Below, piece by piece: positions 27,888 to 40,912 of a DNA stretch of 64,000 nt. The stretch is from Eledone cirrhosa (Eukaryota), in contig OZ024764.1 of assembly GCA_964016885.1 (NCBI GenBank), forward strand, positions 2,170,001 to 2,234,000, read 5' to 3'. Numbering within the stretch: the first letter of the stretch is position 1; every line of letters starts with the position of its first letter. Both the position numbers and the translations under genes were made by a program. The notes under the pieces are model-generated. The model saw only the letters and a list, made by a program, of their open reading frames with translations, had not been told where the DNA came from and searched no databases.

Positions 27888-29628
27888 TGAGCCGTTCCAT
27901 ATTACGCGATCCATTCGACAGAGATGCCCTCTCTCCTCCCTTCTGTACGTACTGACTCTCGAGCCACTACTGCGGAAGTTGGAGCTATTGCAGGGCATCC
28001 CTCTGGAACCGGGACTGCGGAAAGCGGCGTCGGCCTACGCCGATGACGTGACAGTAATGGTGTCGAGCGCCTCGCAAATCGAGGAAGTCGGCACCTTACT
28101 AAAGGAATACGAAAGTCTCACAGGAGCGAAGCTGAACCGGGACAAGTCCATCGGTTTGCAACTCGGATCGTGGAGAGGCAGACCGATGCCTTCCGATGGC
28201 GTCGTCGGACGCTGGACGGAAGGACCGGTAAAGCTGCTCGGGGTCTGGTTTGGTCCGGACCTCCAGGTGGAGAAGAACTGGAACGAAGTGACGGCCAAGG
28301 TGTTTGCACTCACCCAGAAGTGGGCCGAGTGCAAACTATCCTTGAAAGGTTGAGCGGAGGTGGCGAACACTTTTATAGCGTCCGCCATCTGCTACCGCTT
28401 GACCATCGTGCCTTGTCCAGCCAAAACGCTCGCCAAAATGGAGCGCGCGCTCTTCCGATTCCTTTGGAAGAGGCGGGCTCCTTTGGTGAGAAGATCCATC
28501 TGCTGCCAACACCCTTCTAAGGAGGGCTGGGGATGCCGTGGTTGACGATGCGCAAACACGCGCTCAGGCTGCGGCATCTCTACGTATTCCTCACCGGACA
28601 ACCGGTGTGGGCCCCGTTCGTGAGGCGAGCCTTCCCACGACTCGTCTCGCTGACCGAGCTGCAGTCCTTGGTCAAGCAGAGACCGAGGAAAATGGGCGAC
28701 TGGCACATCGAATGTGCTCAGGCGCTCACAGCCCTCTGGCAGGTGGACCCGGCGATCAGTGGAGACTCCACTTCGTCATTCTATAGAGGGTTGGTCCGCA
28801 GCAAGTGCGACGACGCGCTCGGTGAAACTCTGGGCGTAGAGGAAGATGAACTGGCCAGTCTGTTCGGTAGGACCTTCCGCCCGGGACCAATGGACAACTT
28901 CCAAAAGTCCCTGGCCTGGCAGTGCTACCGAGGAGCTCTACCAGTTCGAGACATGCTCTACAGACATGGGCGCCCGGGCAGGGACCCTGCAAAAAAGATC
29001 TGTCCGAGGTGCGTGCGAGACGAAGAAACCGTCGCGCACGCATTCATACACTGCCCGGGCGTCACTGACCTGTGGGGCTATGTAGAACGACTATTGTCGC
29101 GGGTGGGACAAATCCAGTTGACCCACCCTCCTTCAAACACGAAGGAGAGGCGGTTTTCCTTTGTGTGATAGCTATGGCGAAAGAGGTTGTATGGTGGACA
29201 AGGTTGAAAGGGCTGAGGTCAGACACCTTTCTCTCCGGCCAACAACTGATTCTTTTTTTCAAATACCACTTTGGAAGAAGAATCAGGATGGAGAGAGAGG
29301 TGCTGTACCCCAGCAAGTTTTATGAAAGGTGGGTGAAAGTGGCGAGAATGGCCTGAGTGAATGGGCCTTCTCTCTATATCAGCCTGTAGGTTGAGGAAAA
29401 GGAGGAGGAGAGGAAAGGAGTACAAGCTCCTTGTACTCCTGGATATGAGGGTTGCACATTTTTTTTCGGGGGTATGTGTTACCCATATAAACTGTCTCCC
29501 TCTATTGGGGAAAATCGACTAACTTTTAAATTCCATCTGTGATAACATTTTACACGTTTTTATTGTATGTAAACTTCCTCCTTTGTATTTGTCCCCTTCT
29601 TTTGTGCCCCTGTGGCTAATAAAGAAAT
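27888..29628 (+). mobile_element. L1/Tx1-clade non-LTR retrotransposon, 5'-truncated and degenerate
   Basis: SAYADDVTV, GAKLNRDKS, VKLLGVWFG, LSLKG, C-terminal CPRC..ETVAHAFIHC knuckle, AATAAA near the end. Confidence 0.92.
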
Positions 29629-29637
29629 ATATCTATA

Positions 29638-29837
29638 TGAGCGTCAGCTGAAAAGTTCATAGTCTGACCAAGATACTCTCATGGAATGACCAAATGAGGT
29701 TTATTTTACCACATAGTCCCTGGAAAGAAACACAATGCAGTTATCAATAAGAAGAGTAGAAATTAATGCGTGCAAGATTTCACAGCCCTAGCATCACTCC
29801 GTCATAGTCAGCCTATGAACTTTTCAGTCCACTCTTG
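29638..29837. mobile_element. mariner-type MITE, 200 bp
   Basis: TIRs containing CTGAAAAGTTCATAG / CTATGAACTTTTTCAG, TA on both flanks. Confidence 0.8.
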
Positions 29838-30221
29838 TATATCTCTCCATCACCAACACCTTTTCACCCCACTTCTCTCCTCTACCACCCACCACCACCA
29901 CCACTATCATCACCACCACCACCACCATTACCACCACCACCATTACCATCACCACCATCAACACCACCACCATCAACACCACCACCACCAACACCACAGT
30001 TGGTAATAGGGTCAGACCAGATGTCTCCCTCCAGCTGTGAACAGATGCAGTCCAGATGTAATATGTAGTATAGTTTTGAATGAGCAAAATAAACCACAAA
30101 TGTGTATATAATTATGTACATGGGAATATATACACACACACATGTTTATATATATATATATGATATATATATATATATAAATATATATATACATACACAC
30201 GTTTATATATATATATATATA

Positions 30222-30270
<49 letters not shown>

Positions 30271-30306
30271 CACACACATACATATATATATACATACATA
30301 CACGTT

Positions 30307-30348
<42 letters not shown>

Positions 30349-30511
30349 TATACACACGTTTGAGTGTATGTATATATATATATAATATATACATATACGT
30401 TTGTATATATATATATAATATATATACATACACGTTTGTGTATAAATATATATATATAATAAATACATACACGTTTGTATATATATATATATATATGAAT
30501 ATACACACGTT

Positions 30512-30554
<43 letters not shown>

Positions 30555-30604
30555 TACACGTTTGTATATATATATATATATATATGAATATATACACACA
30601 TGTT

Positions 30605-30647
<43 letters not shown>

Positions 30648-30853
30648 TACACGTTTGTATATATATATATATATATATATGAATATATACACACATGTTT
30701 GTGTGTATATATATATATATATCAAGAAGTAGTTCCAGAACTGTTAGTTCACCATACCATGTGGTGAACTAACAGTTGTGTTACTACTTCTACCAAACTT
30801 GTCCCATGCACTGAGTGCTCTACTACTACAGTTATAACCCTCGAGTGTTCTAC

Positions 30854-30884
<31 letters not shown>

Positions 30885-30888
<4 letters not shown>

Positions 30889-31190
30889 TCGGCCGAGGAT
30901 GGCTAACATACAACATCCAGGCCGAAACAAATGAGATCGTGTAGGTGTCACGACAAAAAAACACACAGTCCACGCTGTAATGTGGCCGTGTAGGCAACAC
31001 AGTAAAAACCTCCCAGCCCCACACTGTAAATGTGGTTGGTGTTAGGAAGGGCATCCAGCTATAGAAAACCCGCCAGACAGTCCTATGCGAGCAAGACAAC
31101 CACTCTTGCCTCAAGTGGGAAAACCCCCGTCCAAACCCATGCAAGCGTGGAACACGGACGCTAAACCTGATGATGATGATGATGATGATA
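30885..31190 (+). mobile_element. RTE 3'UTR fragment
   Basis: Match to the RTE 3'UTR with (GAT)n tail. Confidence 0.88.
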
Positions 31191-31492
31191 TATATATATG
31201 TATATATATAGGGAGACACAAAGCAGGCTCTGTTTACCAACAGCTAGCAAATTTGAAAATTAAGTAGTAACATGTGCTTACGCCATATTTGACTAAATAG
31301 AATTAGTCTGTTAGTTGAGATTTAAAAAAACCCCTCTGAATGGAAAAAAAGGATGAGTATTGACGTATATGGGGCACGAACCCACATCTTTGGTTTGCCG
31401 GTCCAATGCAGGGTTATTTAAAATCCCAACTAACAGACTAATTCTATTTAATCAAATATGGCGTAACAACATGTTACTACCTAATTTATATA

Positions 31493-32100
31493 TTAGGAGT
31501 AGATGAATGGCTTGTGAAAGCATGTATAGGGGAGCAGTCAAAAGTTAGAGTTAGTAATGACTATAGAGAGGAATTTAGCATACAGGTCGGTGTCCAACAG
31601 GGCTCTGTTCTTAGCCCTCTCCTGTTCATTATAGTTTTGCAGGCAATAATGGAGGAGTTTAAGACCGGATGCCCATGGGAACTCCTGTATGCGGATGATC
31701 TTGCACTTATAGCTGAATCCATGGTGGAACTAGAGAAGAAATTCCAAACATGGAAGCAGGGTCTAGAAAGAAGGAGCCTCAGAACGGCAAAGTATAAACG
31801 AATTAAGAGAGAGAGACTGAGCATAAGAGGAATCAAATGCTGTGTGCAGGAGAGGCGGTTGCGTTGGTAGGGACATGTGATGCGTATGAAGGATGACAGC
31901 TGCATAAAAAGGTGCAGAGCACTAGAAGTCGATGGAAGCCGCGGAGTGGGGAGACCCAGGAAGACCTGGGATGAGGTGATAAAAGCCGACCTTACCCAAT
32001 TACACCTATTAAGGACAATGACACATGACTGAACTCTGGCGTCACACAGTAATACAGAAGACCCGACCCCCCACGGGAACAAACCAAAGCTGAAGTATAT
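31493..32100 (+). mobile_element. Internally deleted RTE RT fragment
   Basis: GVQQGSVLSPLLF, LLYADDLAL, ERRLRW. Confidence 0.9.
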
Positions 32101-32297
32101 AGTGTGAAACAGAATGTCAGCTTCTCTCCCTTCTTTTGCCGATAAAAAAAAAAATAAGTGACATAGTCATACTTTAAAAATGATAGCGCAAGGTCTTCAA
32201 AATGTTTTTAATTAAACATACGGTATATTGCCAAATATACTATACATACATTCATGTATACATCGCTATTTCAGAGCACCAATCCTTATATATATAT

Positions 32298-32491
32298 AAT
32301 AGGAACGAGTAGGACCCCGACAGCTGAGCTCAAGCCGTTTCGACGGCTAATTAGTCCAGAATTAGCCGTCGAAACGGCTTGAGCTCAGCCGTCGGGGTCC
32401 TACTCGTTCCTATTACCCACTCTACTACCCTAAGTATTGAGTACTTTGGGGCGTTATGGTCCACCTGGTTCCTTACCACATTTCCTCCGTT
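32298..32491 (+). mobile_element. Short fold-back repeat with the 3' half of a hammerhead; relatives at 21540-21650, 38435-38638 and 38652-38825
   Basis: GAAA-CGGCT tgagctc AGCC-GTC helix III; palindrome 32298-32414; shared tail ending in (TA)n. Confidence 0.65.
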
Positions 32492-32580
32492 ATATATATA
32501 TATATATATATATAACCCATGCTAGCATGGAAGATAGACATTAAACGAAGATGATGATGATATATATATATATATACACA

Positions 32581-32937
32581 CAGTTGTCCCCAGTATTTGC
32601 AGGAGTTATGTTCCCAGAACACCCACAAAGAGTGAAAAACCATAAATATTGGACGTGGTCCATAAAAATGCCTATAAATGTCAAAATACAACGTAAAATA
32701 TAATAAAAAAATAGGGAGAGTCTTATACGAAGGGGCGTCCAATAGGCCAGCAAATACAGTATATTGTTGCTGATAATTTAGTGTTAAATATATATTGCCA
32801 TGAAAAAAGCCATAAAAGATCAACGGAAGATATTTACAACTCCATGAATATTTGGTGGTTTCCACAAACAATTATTGGTTAGGTTCTTAGGAAAATTCTG
32901 TGAATAACTGGGACTGCGAATGTCCTGGGGTACACTG
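32581..32937. mobile_element. Probable Tc1/pogo-type MITE
   Basis: Degenerate TIRs CAGTTGTCCCCAG...TTTGCAG / CTGCGAA...CTGGGGTACACTG. Confidence 0.5.
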
Positions 32938-33211
32938 CCCCAGTTTCCTTCTCCTCTCTCCCTCCCTCCACTGACCACCACCTCTACACGCCACACACCC
33001 TTTCACCACTTATTTTCATTTTCATTTTTTTCCCTTCTTTTTAATGTCTTTAAAACCACCCACCCCCACCCCCTCTCGGAACTCTTTTCCTTCCCACCTG
33101 TCTCCTGATGAAGGGCTTATGTCCGAAACATCGTCCCACCCACCCCACTCTCAAGCGTGAACCTGAAACCAACACTGTTAGTACTGCACTCCTTGTTTTT
33201 ATTTTGTTCTT

Positions 33212-33256
<45 letters not shown>

Positions 33257-33340
33257 ATAATAATAAATTTGAAGACTAAAATCCAAAGAGGGCTCGATAA
33301 GGATAAATATATATCAAATATATAAGAACCCTAGAGCAAA

Positions 33341-33468
33341 TATTTATTAAAATAACAGATTAAAGTTTAAGCAAAGAATCGCTGCTTTCACCCTTAACGG
33401 GATCTTCAGAAGATCCCGTTAAGGGTGAAAGCAGCGATTCTTTGCTTAAACTTTAATCTGTTATTTTA

Positions 33469-33475
<7 letters not shown>
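33341..33475. ncRNA. Perfect fold-back centred inside a hammerhead core; related copy at 21070-21140
   Basis: Minus strand CTGAAGA-tCCC gttaa GGGt-GAAAGCAG..TTGCTT-AAACT; the 21-kb copy supplies the AGTTT strand of helix I. Confidence 0.65.
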
Positions 33476-33504
<29 letters not shown>

Positions 33505-33508
<4 letters not shown>

Positions 33509-34366
33509 GCCAAATTACCCGCGCCTTGCTGCGTTTCACACATTTTTTTTTGTAAGAAAATGATGATTGATTTTAAATCAGTGATATAATTTATGGAGAA
33601 AACTCTGCATTTCAATATTACTCCATGTAAAATGTAATACATGAAAAATTGGAAAACATTATTTTTTGTAATATATTTTGTAATAAGGCGGGGGATTGGC
33701 AGTATTGGTAGAAGGTCGGGTGCCATGCTTTGCAGCATAGAGTTAGACCCCTTTATGGTGGGAGTTCAAATCCCGCCGAGGTTCACTTTGCCTTTCATCC
33801 TTACGGGGTCGATAAAATAAAGTACCAGTAATGTACTGGAGTAATTGCTGGCCTTGTGCCAAAAGTAGAAACAATTATATTTTGTACTATATCAAATCAA
33901 AATTACATTATTAAATCTTATTCTTATTTTGTTTCTTGTAAATCATTTTTTTTTCAAAATATTAATTCTAAACTTGATAATTTCATTTTTGTGTAAAACA
34001 TTATTTTCAAATTAGAAATTCAAAGTTCCAATACTCAAGTTATGGGGTTCCAAAATTTTCACTATAGGGGGTTTAACCCCCATTAGGGTGTCTTAATATT
34101 ATTGAAATTTGCTGAAATTTTGTAAATAGGCATCTTATCTTGTTATTTACCTATGGTTTAAATTTCATATAAATTGAAGGGAAAAACTTTTCAGCGGGGC
34201 TTTTGTGCCGCCGGGGGAACCCTTTGAATAAAATGAAATATACTTATGCAAGTACCCTGGTCAATGTAGTTTCAGAATATATATGGTTATGGGGGGGGGG
34301 GGGGGGTCTATCTCCAAAACCATAGGAGGAGTTCGTGAACAAACAAACAAACAGACAGGAACTACA

Positions 34367-34375
<9 letters not shown>
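33505..34375 (-). mobile_element. Non-autonomous Helitron derivative containing a SINE (33687-33878, +)
   Basis: 3' hairpin plus CTAG|T on the minus strand; homologous to 39740-40600; the SINE has a B box and GCCTTTCATCCTTACGGGGTCGATAAAAT (Deu/Nin-like domain). Confidence 0.75.
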
Positions 34376-34413
<38 letters not shown>

Positions 34414-34601
34414 GTAGATAAATCTACCAAAATATACGGTAGTGTCCAATCCGTATGAAGAACTCAATGTAATCCAAATATCATGGAAAGAGAAGATGTA
34501 TTCAAAAATGTTTTCGATGAAAAACAGGAAAACAGAGTCAAGATAAATTAAAAAAAACAATGAATAAAAACAAAGAAACAGTTCCTTATATTAAAGAATT
34601 C

Positions 34602-34735
34602 ATCATTTTACAATCGTTTCTAGGATATATATGTGTGTGTTGGTATGTATATCATATAGATCTATGTAAAATTTTTACAAACTATCAGAGGGAATATACA
34701 TACCTACACATATATATGCTGTCTTCAGAAATAAT
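34602..34735 (-). ncRNA. Type I hammerhead with long helix II (same family as 59622-59755)
   Basis: Reverse-complement homolog; fold-back starts immediately upstream. Confidence 0.7.
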
Positions 34736-34778
34736 CTGAAGACAGCATGTATATGTGTAGGTATGTATATTCCCTCTG

Positions 34779-34978
34779 NNNNNNNNNNNNNNNNNNNNNN
34801 NNNNNNNNNNNNNNNNNNNNNNNNNNNNNNNNNNNNNNNNNNNNNNNNNNNNNNNNNNNNNNNNNNNNNNNNNNNNNNNNNNNNNNNNNNNNNNNNNNNN
34901 NNNNNNNNNNNNNNNNNNNNNNNNNNNNNNNNNNNNNNNNNNNNNNNNNNNNNNNNNNNNNNNNNNNNNNNNNNNNNN
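34779..34978. other. Assembly gap, 200 N
   Basis: Run of N. Confidence 1.
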
Positions 34979-35243
34979 TAAATAGAACTTCTACATATAT
35001 ATATATAATATATAAGAACAAAAGATGGTTAAAAGAGTTCCATGTATTTTATTATGCGCATTTCAAAAACAAACGTCATCATGCAATAATATTTGTGTTT
35101 TCATCAGATAAAACAGGAAGACATGATATGAAGGTTAAAAAATACTTGTGGATAGTGCAGTTTTAAATCAACATATCAACATATGTTGATTTAAAACTGC
35201 ACTATCCACAAGTGTTTTTTAACCTTCATATCATGTCTTCCTG

Positions 35244-35310
35244 TTTTATCTGATGAAAACACAAATATTATTGCATGATGATGTTTGTTTTTGAAATGCG
35301 CATAATAAAA
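35244..35310 (+). ncRNA. Type I hammerhead ribozyme; mirror copy at 35047-35113 (-)
   Basis: TTTTAT-CTGATGA-helix II-GAAA-TGCGC-ATA-ATAAAA; perfect 6-bp helix I; palindromic ATGCGCAT. Confidence 0.8.
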
Positions 35311-35494
35311 TACATGGAACTCTTTTAACCATCTTTTGTTCTTATATATTATATATATATATGTAGAAGTTCTATTTAAATTGTTGGGATACAACAAGCA
35401 AATATTTTTATAACTGATATAAAGCACTCAACAAATTTTTGGAGTAAAAATACGATATTAATAAATGGAAACTATATTTATAAAACCATATTTA

Positions 35495-35555
35495 TTTCAT
35501 TATACATATTTCAAGGACACCAAGTCAAATTATGGTGCACTTTCATCAGATAAAA
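35495..35555 (-). ncRNA. Type I hammerhead (25.8-kb family) within fold-back 35455-35667
   Basis: Reverse-complement homolog of 25814-25874. Confidence 0.72.
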
Positions 35556-35668
35556 TATAATATAGATCAGTTTTATAAATAAATAAATAAATTTGACTTG
35601 GTGTCCTTGAAATATGTATAATGAAATAAATATGGTTTTATAAATATAGTTTCCATTTGTTAATATAT

Positions 35669-35728
<60 letters not shown>

Positions 35729-36052
35729 TATATATATAAAGGAAAAGAATGACTTGACTTGTTTTAAACAATTTGATTTAGTTTTATGATATTATAATTT
35801 TACAATAAACCAAATTGTAAAATTATAATATCATAAAACTAAATCAAATCGTTTAAAACAAGTCAAGTCATTCTTTTCCTTTTTTTAAATATACCTAACT
35901 GCACCAAGGATTTCACACATTTTCATATATATATATATATATTTATATATTGCAAGATATGTCAACATGAATGGACCTGTTATTTTTATCTAAAGACATT
36001 TTTTCCACTTCCATCCCACCCGTCCCCTCAATCTATTTTATTTCTCATTCTT

Positions 36053-36088
36053 TCTTCTGATGAAGGACTAGTATCCGAAACGTTAAGA
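36053..36088 (+). ncRNA. Minimal hammerhead ribozyme (10.2-kb family)
   Basis: TCTT-CTGATGA-aGGA..TCC-GAAA-CGTT-AAGA; helix I TCTT/AAGA. Confidence 0.75.
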
Positions 36089-36184
36089 CCCTCTTCCTGC
36101 TATATCAAGCGTTAACCTAATATATCCCTTTCATATACTGTACTGATTGTGTTGTTATTTCTGTTTACCTTTTATATATATATA

Positions 36185-38389
36185 TCATCATTACTGTTTT
36201 ACGTCCGTTCTTCCATGCTAGCATGGGTTAGACGGGTTGTCCTGTTGTGCTCATACAGGAACTGATTCTGGCTTGATTTCTGGATGGTCTTCCTAACACC
36301 AACCTCATTTACAGTGTGGGCTAGGTGCTTTTTTTCCGTGGCGCCTACACGTCCACTTTACAGTGTGAGCTGGGTGCTTTTTTGCCGTGGCACTTCCATG
36401 ACCACTTTGCAGTGGGAGGGTGTGGGGGCATATTGTCTATATGCTTCACCTTGTACCCATGGGAGGTCGGGTACTCTGTATTACTGCGTGACGCCAGAGG
36501 TCATGGTCGTGTGTCATCACCATTGAGAGGTGTAATTGGGTAAGGTCGGCTTTTATCACCTCATCCCAGGTCTTCTTGGGTCTCCCCACTCCGCGGTTTC
36601 CATTGACTTCTAGTGCTCTGCACCTTTTTATGCAGCTGTCATCCTTCATACGCATCACATGTCCATACCAACGAAACCGCCTCTCCTGCACACAGCATTT
36701 GATTCCTCTTATGCTCAGTCACTCTCTCAATTCATTTATGCTTTGCCGTTCGCGTATATTACTGTTACACATCCATCGGAGCATGAAGGCTTCGTTTCTT
36801 TCTAATCTACGTAAGTCTTCCACCTTCAGCGCCCAGGTCTCACTACCATGTAACATTGCTGTTCGGATACACGCATCATACAGTCTGCCTTTCATTTTGA
36901 GGGAGAAGCCTTTTGCAGCTAGCAGTGGTTCCCTGAACTTCATCCATCCCGTTCTTACCCTAGTTATTGTACTTTCTGAACACCCACCTCTGCTGCTAAT
37001 TCGGTCACCTAGGTAGCAGAAGCTGTCTACTGTTTCTACAGAGCCCCTCCCAGAGATTGGTGGTACTTGTTTCCTGTGGCTGTTTGCTGCTTGCTGTCCC
37101 AGCACAGCTGCTACATGTGAAGCCTACATTCTTAATTAAGCTTCCTGAGATCCCGCTACATCTCTTGTGTACCCATTGTTTGCATTTGGGACAGAGAATG
37201 GAGTTCCTACCTACACCTTTCCTACATACTGAGCAAGGCCATTTCCCTGAGGGGATCTGGGTTCTGTTTTCTCGTCTACTTACAAGGACCCTAGTCTTTG
37301 TCATGTTGACTTTGAGACCCTTTCTTTCTAGTCCTTGCTTCCAAGTTTGGAATTTCTTCTCTAGTTCTACCATAGATTCAGCTATAAGTGCGAGGTCATC
37401 TGCATACAGGAGTTCCTATGGGTATCCGGTCTTAAACTCCTCCGTTATTGCCTGCTGGACTATGATGAACAGGAGGGGGCTAAGAACAGAGCCCTGTACG
37501 CTAAATTCCTCGCTATACTCATTGCTAATCCTAACTTTGCTGACTGCTCCCCTATACATGGCTTGTACCGCTTTCACAAGCCATTCATCTACTCCTAGTT
37601 TTCTAAGAGCCCACCAGATGATAGCACGTGGAACTCTATCAAAGGCTTTTTCGAGATCGACGAATGCCAGGTAGAGTGGCTTACTTTTAGCTCGGTACTT
37701 TTCCTGTAACTGCCTCACAAGGAGGAGGGCATCAGTGGTGCCTCTTCCTGGTACAAACCCAAATTGCATCTCATCTAGTTTCACCCGGTCCCTAATCAAC
37801 TGTGCTATAACTCTTTCTGTTACTTTCATGACCTGGTCCATCAGCTTTATACCTCTATAGTTTCCTCTATCTAGTGCATCACCTTTACCTTTGTAGCAGT
37901 AGACAATGATGCTACTGCACCAATCTTTTGGTATGGCCCCCTCTAGTATTACCTGGTTAACGATACGTGTGGTTATAGTGTGACCTACAGACCCAGATGC
38001 CTTCAGCATCTCGGCAGCTATACCCGATGGACCGGTTGCCTTCCCCATCTTCATATCTCTGATTGCCTTACTTACTACGCTGCCGCTGACTTGTACTGCT
38101 GGTCCCTCTATAGGGTCTACGTGGGGTAGGGTCTCTTCTTCCCATGCATTCTCCTCATTTAGTAATCTATCATAATGACTCTTCTATGCATCTTTCTTCT
38201 CAGCAGTTGTGAGGGCAAGCTCACCTTTATCATTCCGGATACACTTCTCTCCAATGACATCACAACTATCTCTGACACACTGCCTCGCAATCTTGAACAC
38301 CTCCTGTTTCTGGTCCTCACGTTGCAAAACATGCTTGAATTTTCTATCCTCTGCTTCCCTCCTAGCTAAGTATACTTGTCGCCTAGCTT

Positions 38390-38390
<1 letters not shown>
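36185..38390 (-). mobile_element. RTE LINE, 5'-truncated, second subfamily
   Basis: NYRGIKLM, QFGFVPGRGTTDA, AFVDLEKAFDRVP, QGSVLSPLLF, PHD-like insert, RWYGHV. Confidence 0.96.
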
Positions 38391-38437
<47 letters not shown>

Positions 38438-38832
38438 GAATGAAATGTGGTAAGGAACCAGATGGACCATAATGCACCAGAGTACTCAATACTTAGGGTA
38501 GTAGAGTGGGTAATAGGAAAAAGTATGACCCCAATGGCAGAGCTCAAGCCATTTCGACGGCTATTTCTGGACACAAGAGTTCAGAAATAGCCGTCGAAAC
38601 GGCTTGAGCTCTGCTGTCAGGGTCATACTTTTTCCTATATATATATATATATAAAACGAAGGGAGTGTGGTAAGATACCAGATGGACCATAACCCACCAG
38701 AGTACTCAAGACTTAGGGTAGTAGAGTGGGTAATAGGAAAAGAGTCAGGGACCAAGGTTGCTGAGCTCAGGCCATTTCAACAGCTAGATCCAAACTGAGG
38801 TTGAAATGGCCTGATTCTTTTCCTATAAATAT

Positions 38833-39735
38833 ATCTAAACTATAATAAAGTAAGGAGTGCGGGACTGTGTCCTGAATATATTTTTTTACCCCGTTTGTAA
38901 AATAAGTTGGATTACTTAGAATAAATAATTGTTTCTACTTTGGCACAAGGCCAGCAATTACCCAGTGTATTACTGGTACTTTATTTTATCGACCCCATAA
39001 GGATGAAAGGCAACGTTAACCTCGGAGGGATTTGAACTCAGAATGGCAAGGGCCGTAACTCTATGTGTCAAAGCATGGTGTCCGACCCTCTACCGATATT
39101 GCCAATCCACCGCCTGAATAAATAATTGTTTCTACTTTGGCACAAGGCCAGCAATTACCCAGTGTATTACTGGTACTTTATTTTATCGACCCCGTAAGGA
39201 TGAAAGGCAAAGTTAATAATGAATGAATATTACATAATTTATCTACTAAATTTCGTGGCTGTTGATTAAATATATTTTATAGCTTATTTAAAGATCTTTA
39301 AAATTCACTTCTTTAAAATTATCAAATGTCAACACTTCCGGTTAGCGGCCGTTATATTATAACACTTATAATTGCATATATTTCCATCTCTAATTTTCTC
39401 CTAATACAGTTTATATATAATGTCGTCTTTTTTTTAATATATCATGGATTACTGATTACAGAAGACAGTGTAACATAGGCTTTGTTCAATTTCTGTGTAT
39501 ATTGTCAATTACGATTTTATTTGATGTATCATATCTACAGGTATATATATTTGTGTATAATATCAATATACACACTACACATGTATCATATCTACATGTA
39601 TATATACTTGTGTATAATATCAATATACACACTACACATGTATCATATCTACATGTATATATACTTGTGTATAATATCAATATACACACTACACATGCGA
39701 GCAGAAAAGCACCCAAAGGGTGGTTTTTGTGCTAG
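38833..39735 (+). mobile_element. Non-autonomous Helitron-like element with nested SINE copies (38925-39215) and a 3x ~55-bp repeat
   Basis: Starts TC after A; ends with hairpin AAAAGCACCC aaa GGGTGGTTTT then CTAG|T. Confidence 0.65.
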
Positions 39736-39739
39736 TTTA

Positions 39740-40600
39740 TATAAAGTTGTAGTTCCTGTCTGTTTGTTTGTTCGTGAACTCCTCCTATGGTTTTGGAGAT
39801 AGACCCCCCATAACCATATATATTCTGAAACTACATTGACCAGGGTACTTGGATAAGTATATTTCATTTTATTCAAAGGGTTCCCCGGGGGCACAAACTT
39901 CCGCTGAAAATCTTTTCCCTTCGATTTATATGAAATTTAAACAAGATTTGATGCCTATTCACAAAATTTCAGCAAATTTCAATAATATTAAGACACCCTA
40001 ATGGGAGTTAAACTCCCTATAGTGAAAATTTTGGCCAATAAATGGAACAAGATGTGTTGTAACAAGATTGCATGAGAACTTGATTGAAGCAACCATTATA
40101 TTCGGGGCTTACAAAGGTCAAGCTCTTCTCATTCCGAGAATTCCACTTATACCAAGTGACAGCAAGTTGCCTTTTACATTTAAGAGGCTGCAGTTCCCAG
40201 TGAGGCCATGCTTTGCCATGAGCATCAATAAGAGTCAAGGTCAAACTTTCTAAACTATTGGTATAGATCTGACAAACCCATGTTTCAGTCATGGCATGTT
40301 TTATGTGGCTGTTTCAAGGACAGGAACTTCAAAAAATCTCTACATTTTAGCCAATCAGAGAAAGACAAGAAATGTTGTTTACCCTGAAGTTCTTCATTAG
40401 GACAAATTATGAAATATATTTTCATGTATTTATTATGTTAAAAAATAAATAATTAAACCTTGAATTTCTAATTTGAAAATAATGCTTTACACAAAAATGA
40501 AATTATCAAATTTAGAATTAATATTTTGAAAAAAATTATTTACAAGAAACAAAATAAGAATAAAATTTAATAATGTAATTTTGATTTGATATATTACAAA
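39740..40600 (+). mobile_element. Helitron derivative carrying a helicase fragment
   Basis: Homologous to 33880-34375 (-) and includes Pif1-type helicase coding sequence. Confidence 0.8.
40035..40400 (+). pseudogene. Helitron RepHel Pif1-like helicase C-terminus
   Basis: LIPRIPLIP..FKRLQFPVRPCFAMSINKSQGQTF*, then FSHGMFYVAVSR and NVVYPEVL. Confidence 0.93.
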
Positions 40601-40601
40601 A

Positions 40602-40912
40602 AATAATTGTTTCTACGTTAGGCACAAGGCCAGCAATTACCCCAGTACATTACTGGTACTTTATTTTATCGACCCCGTAAGGATGAAAGGCAAAGTTAAC
40701 CTCGGCGGGATTTGAACTCAGATAATAAATAGACGTAACTCTATGCTTCAAAGCATGGCGTCCGACCCTCTACCGATACTGCCAATCCACTGCCCTGAAG
40801 AAATAATTGTTTCTATGTTAGGCACAAGGCCAGTAATTACCCAGTGCATTACTGGTACTTTATTTTATCGACCCCGTAAGGATGAAAGGCAAAGTCAACC
40901 TTGGCGGGATTA
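40602..40912 (-). mobile_element. Tandem SINE copies (Deu/Nin-like family); others at 59260-59440 (-) and 61180-61350 (+)
   Basis: Match to 33687-33878. Confidence 0.88.

Noticed and set aside
31350-31412. tRNA-like sequence (GGTTCG B box on the minus strand) inside fold-back 31257-31487
   Set aside because: Incomplete cloverleaf; probably a SINE head fragment
35738-35883. AT-rich palindrome
   Set aside because: A real fold-back, but no ribozyme core or TIR/TSD evidence to classify it
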